Assembly: GCA_051313645.2 (NCBI GenBank)
Contig: JBNRSN020000005.1
Location: 162,502,001-162,566,000 of the forward strand
Length of the DNA stretch: 64,000 nt
Origin: Centroscyllium fabricii
Taxonomy: Eukaryota
Reading direction: 5' to 3'
Position numbers and translations under genes: made by a program. Shown here piece after piece: positions 50,282-60,300 of this stretch. Position 1 is the stretch's first letter. Each line of letters opens with the position of its first letter. The notes under the pieces were generated by a model. That model was given only the letters and a program-made list of their open reading frames with translations, did not search any database and was not told the DNA's origin.

Positions 50282-51480
50282 CTGCACCGCGGGGAGGGGA
50301 TGAGGACAATCAGATAAAAAGTCACTCAGGTGTAAGATAACAAGGCAAAGGAGTGTGGAAAATGTCTAATTTAATCATTTATTTCAGAGTAAGAGAGTAA
50401 TCACTCATCTTCATAATAGAAGGGTTTGAAATAACAACCTACGTTACATCTGTCATGATGCAGGTTAAAATGACTTACCAGTTGGTTTCAGGGACTGTTC
50501 TACCTATTTTTCCATGGAAGTGGCCACAAACTTCACTATGAAAGTGTTTGTTTTCTACAAGCTGATTAACATGCGTGCCATGATGGATAAAAAAAGCAGA
50601 CAAGTAAAAATATCTATGCCCCTAAATAATTTTGGCACCCTCTGGGCAATAGTGAGAACAACTGTTGAGACAGTTTGAGGGAAAATTTCCGCAAGCTGGA
50701 GAAATGCATAAATGGCCGTTTCTCCAGGATATCTGCTAATCTGTTGTCAAATTTACATTGCGAGATTGGGAGAAAGTTTACCCCATTATGTTTCCACACA
50801 TGGATCCTTTTGTCTTGAGTACAGTTTTATTATTTTTTTCATCATCTTGCAGAAATATTGGTTCCTTATTTCAAAATAGTATACGGTAGAGATAATTGAT
50901 TCTAGTTTTATTGAAGGAATCAATGTCTGCTGCTTGTAAGCCACAATGCCAACAGACTGAGAACAGTGATAAATTGGCATAGTGCATTAAAAAAAATCCT
51001 ACTTGTGTTGCTGAATTTTAATCAATTATAATCTGTTTACAAAATGGTGATATAATTAACCCTACATAAAATAAGACTCTGTGGACCGTAACAAAATGCT
51101 GTGATTTATAGATTAAGAGGTACAGGGTAGCAGCCTTTGACTGTGAGAAGCATTTATTTTCCTGTGTTGTTTTTTTAATGTGATTCTTGGAAATTGTTTT
51201 GTAAAACCAATGTTAGGCTGGAAAATGCTGAGGCTGTTGTGTGTGAATAAGATAATTCGTGATTTACTGCCTACGGTAAATGTATAAACTGGCATATGAT
51301 TGATTGTTCGTGACTTTAGATATTATGTGGGTGAATAACACTGGGCGATTTAATGTGCAGATGACTGTACAGAAGAGAGACAGTGGGTGGCTGCATCCAA
51401 ACTTATACCTGCAAGGTCAGATTTGCAGCTATTTAATGGAAAGCAACCACCACCCCCTCTAAAAAGCGGAATAGTGGCCC

Positions 51481-51708
51481 TGTGGTAATACAGAACAGCT
51501 TCTAGCTTGGAGTTTTTGCTTACATCACTTCTGGGGACCTATGAACTTTGTATGATGTCACTTCCTGTAATTAGCCCAGTATAAATACTGGGCTACTCAG
51601 TATGATTTAGTAAGAGGCATGGTGCAGGCCTCTTTTGTATGTATCACAGTTATAAGTTGATTAAAGCTTACCTTAAGTTCATATCGTGTAAGTTTCATTC
51701 TTACAACA
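51481..51708 (+). mobile_element. Solo LTR (228 bp)
   Basis: TGTG...AACA, TSD GGCCC, TATAAATA and ATTAAA inside. Confidence 0.88.
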
Positions 51709-51729
51709 GGCCCTATCTATCTTCTTGCC

Positions 51730-51830
51730 CACATAGCAACAGTAATTGCACTTCTAAGTAAGTCATTGTATGTGATGCACTTCGGTACATTTTTTGAGCG
51801 ATGTGATAAGGGCACTATCTAAATGCAAGT
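51730..51830 (+). mobile_element. Ancient SINE/L2-type 3' tail (SacSINE/DeuSINE-like)
   Basis: CACTTC..AAGT..TCATTG..GGCACTATCTAAATGCAAGT resembles the degenerate ..GGCGCTATATAAATGCAAGT tail. Confidence 0.45.
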
Positions 51831-53115
51831 ATGTTCGCCAGTGCTCTTTAAGGCCCACCACGATCCTATTCTGCCACATTTAAATGGGGTCAAATGATCA
51901 TGGCTAACCTCTCCCCAAATAATGACTACCACTATATGAGGTGACAATAGAAGCACCAGTGAGATATCCCAGAGGCCGGTATTGCTGTGTACTCTGCAAC
52001 ATCACAATGATGAAAGACTTGCTGCTTCCAGAGGTTGAAGGGGGATGATGATGAAGCTGGGATGAGGGAGAGCGCCTCTGTCCCCATATCATGAGGTGGG
52101 GCCACAGTAAATGGAGGAGGTAGATCAAGATAGCTGTTAACTAGAGAAAGGAAGACATAACTTATAGTCAAGTGCTTTCAATGAAAAAAGATTGACAAAC
52201 CAAATAAAGGCCCTCGACAACTGGTTGTTGAGAGGGATTCAAATTCCTGGGACATTGGAACTGGTTCTGGGGGAGGTGGGACCAGTCCAAAGAGGATGGT
52301 CTGCACCTGGGCAAGGCTGAGACCGATGTCCTAGGGGGAGTGTTTGCTAGTGCTCTGGGGGAGGGTTAAAACTAAAATGGCAGGGGGTTGGGAACCTGAG
52401 CGGGGAGACAGAGGAAAGGGAAACAAGGATAAAAGGAAAAGACAGAAAGGAGAAAAACAAAAGTGGCAGACTGAGAAATCAAGGGTTTAAATCAAACATG
52501 GGCACAGCAAATAAGAATTCCAAAAGATTTAAGAGCGTTAAAAAAACAAGCCTGAAGGCTTTGTGTCTTAATGCAAGGAGCATTCATAATAAGATGGATG
52601 AATTGGCTGCGCAAATAGAGGTAAACGAATATGATATGATTGGGATTACGAAAACATGGCTCCAGGATGGCCAAGGCTGGGAGCTCAACATCCAGGGGTA
52701 TTCAATATTCAGGAAAGACAGGCAAACAGGTAAAGGAGGTGGGGTGGCATTGCTGGTTAAAGAGGGGATTAACACAATTGTAAGGAAGGATACTAGCTCT
52801 GATGATGTGGAATCTGTATGGGTGGAACTGAGAAATACCAAGGGTAGAAAATGCTAGTGGGAATGGTATACAGACCTCCAAACAGTAATGTGGAGGTCGG
52901 GGATGGCATTAAAAGGGAAATTAGAGAAGCGTGCAATAAGGGCACAGCAGTTATCATGGGAGACTTTAATCTACATATAGATTGGGCTAACCAAATTAGT
53001 AACAATGCTGTGGGGGAGGATTTCCTGGAGTGTATACAGGATGGTTTTCTGGAACAATATGTCGAGGAACCAACTAGAGATCGGGCCATCTTAGACTGGG
53101 TATTATGTAATGATA

Positions 53116-54366
53116 ATGTAATGATAAAAACTGACTGCAAAAGCTTTTATAGGTACATCAAGAGGAAAAGATTGGTAAAAGATAAGGTTCCACATAAAAG
53201 ATTAGCATGTAAAATTAAGGCTCATGGGATTGGGGGCAAAGTTTTGATGTGGATAGAGAACTGGTTGGCAGACAGAAAACAGAGAGTTGGAATTAACGGC
53301 TCATTTTCTGAGTGGCAGCCGGTGACTAGTGGAGTACCGCAGGGGTCTGTCCTGGGACCTCAGCTGTTTACAATATATATTAATGATCTGGATCAGGGAA
53401 TTGAATGTAATATCTCCAAATTTGCGGACGACACCAAACTAGGAGGGGGGGGGCAGGCTCTGAAGAGGGTGTCAGGAAGTTACAGGGCGATTTGGATAAG
53501 TTGGGGGACTGGGCAGATAGATGGCAGATGCACTATAATGTGGATAAATGTGAGGTTATCCACTTTGGGGGCAAAAACAGGAGGGCAGATTACTACTTAA
53601 ATGGCAATAGATTGGGAGATGGGGAGGTGCAAAGAGACCTGGGTGTTCTTGTGCACCAGTCGCTGAAGGCGAGCACGCAGGTGCAGCAGGCGGTTAGGAA
53701 GGCAAATGGTATGTTGGCCTTCATATCAAGAGGGTTCAAGTATCGGAATAAGGATACCTTACTGCAGCTGTACAAGGCACTGGTGTGACCACACCTCGAG
53801 TATTGTGTACAGTTCTGGTCGCCTCGCCTGAGGAAGGATGTTCTTGCCATGGAAGGAGTGCAGCGGCGTTTCACCAGGCTGATTCCTGGAATGGCAGGAA
53901 TGACCTACGAGGAGAGATTGTGTAGTCTGGGCTTGTACTCGTTGGAGTTTAGAAGATTGAGAGGCGATCTCATTGAGACGTATAAAATTCTGAAAGGTCT
54001 GGACAGGTTAGATTCAGAGAGAATGTTTCCAATGGCGGGGGAGTCCAGAACCAGGGGCCACAGTCTAAGGATAAGGGGTAAACCATTTAGGACAGACATG
54101 AGGAAGAATTTCTTCACTCAGAGAGTGGTGGGCCTGTGGAATTCCCTGCCACAGAGGGCGGTGGAGGCCAGTTCATTAAACATATTCAAGAGGGAATTGG
54201 ATATATTTCTTCAAGCTAAAGGGATTAAAGGTTATGGAGAAAAGGCGGGGATGGGGTACTAGCTTGCTAAAGATCAGCCATGATCTCATTGAATGGCGGA
54301 GCAGGCTCGAAGGGCTGAATGGCCTACTCCTGCTCCTATCTTATATGATTCTATGATTCTATGATT
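53116..54366 (+). mobile_element. Second CR1 3' portion nested in the endonuclease region of the first
   Basis: RT and C-terminus plus tail ATGATTCTATGATTCTATGATT interrupt LDWVLCN..LVV.GPLGRSDHN; left boundary approximate. Confidence 0.8.
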
Positions 54367-55358
54367 AGCACTCTTGTTGTGTGAGGTCCCTTGGGTCGGA
54401 GCGATCATAATATGATAGAATTCTTCATTAAGATGGAGAGTGAAGGAGTTGACTCAGAGACTAGGGTCCTGAATTTAAATAAAGGAAACTATGATGGTAT
54501 GAGGCACAAGTTGGGTAGGATTAATTGGGGAATGTCACTCAAAGGGTTGATGGTGGATAGGCAATGGCAAACATTCAAAGATTGCATGGATGAACTACAG
54601 AATTTGTTCATCCCAGTTTGGCATAACAAAACGAAAAAGGTGACTCAACTGTGGCTAACAAGGGAAATTAGACATAGCATAAGATCCAAGGAGAGGTCAT
54701 AAAAATTGGCCAGAAAAAGCAGCAAACCTGAGGATTGGGAGCAGTTTAGGATTCAACAAATGAGGACAAAGGGATTAATTAAGAGGGGGAAAACAGAGTA
54801 TGAGAGTAAACTTGCAGGAAACATAAAAACTGACTGTAAAAGCTTTTATAGATATGTGAAGAGAAAAAGATTGGTGAAGTCAAGCGTAGGTCCCTTGCAG
54901 TCAGAATCAGGGGAATTTATAATGGGGAACAAAGAAATGGCAGACCAATTAAATACATACTTTGCTTCTGTCTTCACAAAGGAGGACACAAATAACCTCC
55001 CAGAGATGTCGGGGAATATAGGGCCTATTGAGAGGGAGGAACTGAATGAAATCAGTATTTGTAGGGAAATGGTGTTGGAGAAATTGACAGGATTGAAGGC
55101 CGATAAATCCCCAGGACCTGATAATAGACATCCGAGGGTACTTAAGGAAGTGGCCCTAGAAATAGTGGATGCATTGCTGGTCATCTTCCAAAATTCAATA
55201 GACTCTGGAACAGTACCCATGGATTGGAGGGTAGCTAATGTTACCCTGCTGTTCAAAAAAGGTGGTAGAGAGCAAACGGGGAATTACAGACCGGTAAGCC
55301 TGACATCGGTAGTGCGGAAAATGCTAGAGTCCATTATATAAGATGTAATAGCAGAGTA

Positions 55359-56039
55359 CAGGTTGAGCACCGCTAATCCGCTAACCAAAAAGCCGGAAAC
55401 TTCGGTCGTCCGGCATAAATTGCCGTGACTGTCCTGCGCATGCGCAAAATGGCTGCCGCGGTCGATGCTTCGGCGAATGATCTGTGCATGCGCCACTGAA
55501 CGGTGAGCGCATGCGCAGATCATTCAAACGGCCACCAGAAGTTTTGAATGATCTGCGCATGCGCCGCCGAATGGCGAGCGCATGCGCAGATCATTCAAAA
55601 CGGCCGCCGGAGGCTGGATCGACCTTTGCCTCCTCATTCGTGCGCCGCCGAATGGTAAGCATCTGTCGCTCGCTCCGGCCTCACTCCCTCAGCGCTGCCC
55701 AGGACCGGGACCGTGCTCTACTAACTTGTTAGTGCTGTGCTAGGCCTGCAGGCTGGGCCTTAATTTATGGTTGTGTGCTGGGGTGGGGTGGGGGGAGAGT
55801 CCCATCCTGTCTGCCTGTGGAGCCGAGCCGAGGGATCTTGGCACGGCGGGTTCTGGGCGGCTGCAGCTACACTGCAGGTGATCAAAACTTCCGGGGGCCA
55901 TTTCCAATATTGTGCGCATGCGTGCGGCCATTTTGAATGGTGCGTGCATGTGCACTGGCCGACTTCATTCTCCCATTTTTTTTCGGTATGCCGGCGCAGG
56001 CCTAGTCCCGCCCGTGCCGAATTAACGGTGCTCAACCTG
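55359..56039. mobile_element. Tc1/mariner-type MITE (second copy)
   Basis: TIR CAGGTTGAGCACCG, TA TSD; inverted relative to 9989-10587. Confidence 0.92.
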
Positions 56040-57312
56040 TACTTGGAAAGTAGTGACCGGATCGGACAAAGTCAACATGGATTTACAATAGGTAAATCGT
56101 GCTTGACTAACCTACTGGAATTTTTTGAGGATGTAACTGGTAAGATAGATAATGGAGAACCAGTGGATGTGGTGTACTTGGACTTTCAAAAGGATTTCGA
56201 TAAGGTCCCGCATAAGAGATTGGCATGTAAAATTAAGGCACATGGGATTGGGAGCAAGGTATTGACTTGGATAGAGAACTGGTTGGCAGACAGAAAGCAG
56301 AGAGTCGGAATAAACGGCTCTTTTTTTTGAGTGGCAGGCAGTGACTCGTGGGGTACTGCAGGGATCGGTCCGTGGACCCCAGCTATTCACAATATATATT
56401 AATGATCTGGACGAGGGAACTAGATGTAATATCTCCAAGTTTGTAGACGACACAAAGCTGGGTGGGTGTGTGTGCTGTCAGGTGGATGCCGAGAAACTCC
56501 AGTATGATTTGGACAGGTTGGGTAATTGGGCAGAAGCATGGCAGATGCAATATAACGTGGATAAATGCGAGGTTATCCACTTTGGTGTCAAAAACAAAAG
56601 GCAGATTATTATCTGAATGGCAATAGATTGGGAGAAGGTGAAGTGCAACGAGACCTGGGCGTCCTTGTGCACCAGTCGCTGAAGGTAAGCATGCAGGTGC
56701 AGCAGGCGGTTAAGAAGACAAATGTTATGTTGGTCTTCCAAGCGAGAGGGTTTGAGTACAGGAACAAGGATGTCTTGCTGCAGTTGTACAGGACCTTGGA
56801 GAGACCACATCTTGAGTATTGCATACAGTTTTAGTTGCCTTATCTAAGGAAGGATGTTCTTGCCATGGAAGGAGTTCAGTGAAGATTCACCAGGCTGATA
56901 CCTAGGATGGCAGGAATGATGTATGAGGAGAGATTGGGTCAATTGGGCTTGTACTCGCTGGAGTTTAGAACAATGAGAGGGGATCTCATTGAAACTTACA
57001 AAATTCTAACAGGACTAGACAGACTAGATGCAGGAAGGATGTTTCCGATAGTGGGGGAGTCGAGAACCAGGGGTCATAGTCTAAGGATAAGGGGTAAGCC
57101 ATTTAGGACAGAGATAAGGAGGAATTTTTTCACCCAGAAAGTGGTGAACCTGTGGAATTCTCTACCACAGAAGGCTGTAGAGGCCAATTCATTAAATATA
57201 TTCAAGAAAGAGTTGGATATATTTCTTAAGGCTAAAGGGATCAAGGGATATGTGGAGAAAGCAGGGACAGGGTACTGAAATTGAATGATCGGCCATGATC
57301 GCATTGAATGGC

Positions 57313-60300
57313 TGACGTATCGTCAATATCTCCGATTAAATGAGTCGACGAGTAGTTACCGTAACTAAAGGCTTTTAATTGCTAAGTTTGGAGCTACCCT
57401 CCGGAACGAACTTCTGTACAGGAATGAGGAGCCTCGGTCAGTTTCCACCTATAAAGGGCCTCACCTGGGGGAGGAGTTAGAGGTGTGGCTGACCTGGCTC
57501 CCAACAGTATTACACAGGTTACAGGGCTATGCCCAACAGTATTACACAGGTTACAGGGCTGTGTCTTACATCTGCACAGCCCATTATTGGCACAATAATA
57601 CAGTGGTAACAATTACATAATATGGTTACCACATTCACCCCTTCTTGAAAATTTTAAGTCCGGGGGGTGGGTGAATGGGCCGAACAATTAACGATCAGTC
57701 TGTCCGGCGGTCGTGCCTGCCTGGAGGACCGCCGGCGTTCCGGTGGTGGTGGTGGTGCGTCCTGGTTCGCACCACTAGCGTCTGCCGGTGGTGACCGCTG
57801 ATCAGGTGCCGTGGCTTCTGGTGGCGATGGATCCAGCTGGTCCACGCCGTCTGGGTGGTAGTTTTGTACTGGCCACTGCTGGGGCTCTGGGAAGCTCAGG
57901 GGCCATCGTGTGCCTGGTGGGTTCTCTGGATACAGTGGCTGAGCGGCCTGCTGGTGACCAGGGGCTCCGCGGTGGTGCTTCCTGCGGGAGCCAGGTCCCT
58001 GATGGACACGGTGTCCTCACGCCCGTCCGGGAACTGCACGAATGCATAGTGTGGGTTTGCGTGTAGGAGCTGCACCTTGTCCACCAGGGGGTCTGTCTTG
58101 TGGCTCCGGACATGTCTCCTAAGGAAGACCGGCCCCGGTGTCGTCAGCCATGGAGGGAGAGCTGTCCCCGAAGTCGATTTCCTGGGGAAGGCAAAAATCA
58201 GATCATGCGGGGTGGTGTTAGTAGCTGTACACAGAAGCGAGCATATAGAGTGCAGCGCGTCTGGGAGGACTGCCTGCCAATGGGCCACTGGAAGGCCTCT
58301 GGACTTAAGAGCCAGGGTGACCGCCTTCCAAATGATCCCATTCTCCCTTTCTACCTGGCCGTTCCCTCGGGGGTTATAACTGGTCGTTCTGCTCGTGGCA
58401 ACCCCTTTCTGGAGCAGAAACTGGCGCAGTTTATCGCTCATGAACGATGACCCCCGGTCGCTATGGATGTAGCTGGGGAGACCGAAAATGGCGAACAGCG
58501 TGGTGAAGTGTTTTATCACCGTTGCGCTCGTCATATCTGCGCAGGGAAAGGCAAAGGGGAAGCGGGAGAACTCATCCACTACCGTGAGGAAGTATGAGTT
58601 GCGGTCGGTGGAAGGGAGGGGGCCTTTGAACTCCACGCTGAGACGTTCAAAGGGGCGGGTGGCCTTAATGAGGTGCGCCGTGTCTGGCCGAAAAAAGTGG
58701 GGTTTGCACTCGGCACAGACAGGGCACTCTCGGGTCATAGCCTTGATCTCCGTGATGGAGTAGGAGAGGCTACGGGTTCTGACAAAGTGGGCGAGTCTGG
58801 TGACACCCGGGTGGCAAAGGCGGTCGTGGAGGTCCTTCAGCCGGTCTAGCTGGGCACTGGCGCACGTTCCCCTGGACAGTGCGTCCGGGGGTTCATTGAG
58901 TTTGCCTGGTCGGTAAAGAATGTCGTACTCGTAAGTCGAGAGTTCGATCCGCCACCGCAGGATCTTATCATTCTTGATTTTGCACCGTTGTTTATTATTA
59001 AACATAAACGCCACCGACTGTTGGTCAGTGAGCAGGGTAAAACGCTTACCGGCCATGTAATGACGCCAGTAGCGAACGGCCTCCACGATGGCCTGGGCCT
59101 CCTTTTCCACTGCTGAGTGGCGAGTTTCGGGTCCCTGTAAGGTGCAGGAGAAAAATGCTACGGGCCTGCCTGCCTGATTCAGGGTGGCAGCAAGGGCGAT
59201 GTCCGAAGCGTCACTCTCCACCTGGAAAGGGATGGATTCATCAACAGCGAGCATGGTCGCCTTGATGATGTCTTCCTTTATCCTTGCGAATGCCGTTTGG
59301 GCTTCTACAGAAAGGGGGAAGACGGCAGCCTTGAGGAGTGGTCTAGCCTTATCTGCGAACTGTGGGACCCATTGTGCATAATAGGAAAAAAATCCTAGGC
59401 ATCTCCTCAAGTCTTTGGGATTGTGAGGTAGGGGCAGTTCTTGTAGGGGTCGCATACGCTGTGGGTCGGAGCCGAGGACCCCGTTCTCCACCACATATCC
59501 GAGGATGGCGAGCCGGTCTGTATTAAAGACACATTTGTCTTTGTTATACGTGAGGTCCAGCTTATCCGCCGTGTCGAGAAATCTGGCCAGATTGGCATCG
59601 TGGTCCTGCTGGTCGTGGCCGCAGATGGTCACGTTGTCCAGGTAGGGGAAGGTGGCCTGCAACTCATTTTGGTCAACCATACGGTCCATCTCCCGCTGGA
59701 ACACTGACACTCCGTAGGTCACGCCAAAGGGGACCCGGAGGAAGTGGTAGAGCCGACCGTTCGCCTCGAAGGCAGTGTAGGGGCGGTCGGCTTTCCGAAT
59801 CGGGAGCTGATGATACGCCGATTTAAGGTCGATCGTGGAGAACACCTTGTACCTGGCGATCTGATTGACCATGTCTGAGATGCGGGGAAGGGGGTAGGCG
59901 TCGAGCCCGGTGTAGCGGTTGATAGTCTGGCTGTAATCGATCACCAGCCGTTGTTTCTTGCCAGACTTCACCACTACAACTTGGGCACGCCAGGGGCTGG
60001 TGCTGGCTTCAATTATCCCCTCCTTCAGCATCTGCCCGACCTCCGACCTGATAAACGTGCGATCCCCCACACTGTACCGCCGACTCTTAGTAGCAATGGG
60101 TTTGCACTTCGGATCGAGGTTGGCGAACAGCGAGGGGGGGTCGATTTTCAGGGTAGAGAGGCCGCAGGCCGGGCTCCGCTTTGGGAAGGGATTGTCCCGG
60201 CTACTGACGGTGAGGGGGGGCAAGGTCCCGCCGAACTCCATTGTCACGCTCTTGAGGTGGCACTGGAAATCCAAAACTAGTAAGGCTGGGGCACACAACT

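Larger units (their letters stand above)
52215..57312 (+). mobile_element. Long CR1 LINE (ORF1 end + ORF2), decayed, with nested CR1 and MITE; tail resumes at 62222
   Basis: DGLHL; LCLNARSI..GDFN..SDHNMIEF; RT motifs; 3' UTR GAATGGC|GGAGC split by Gypsy D. Confidence 0.92.
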
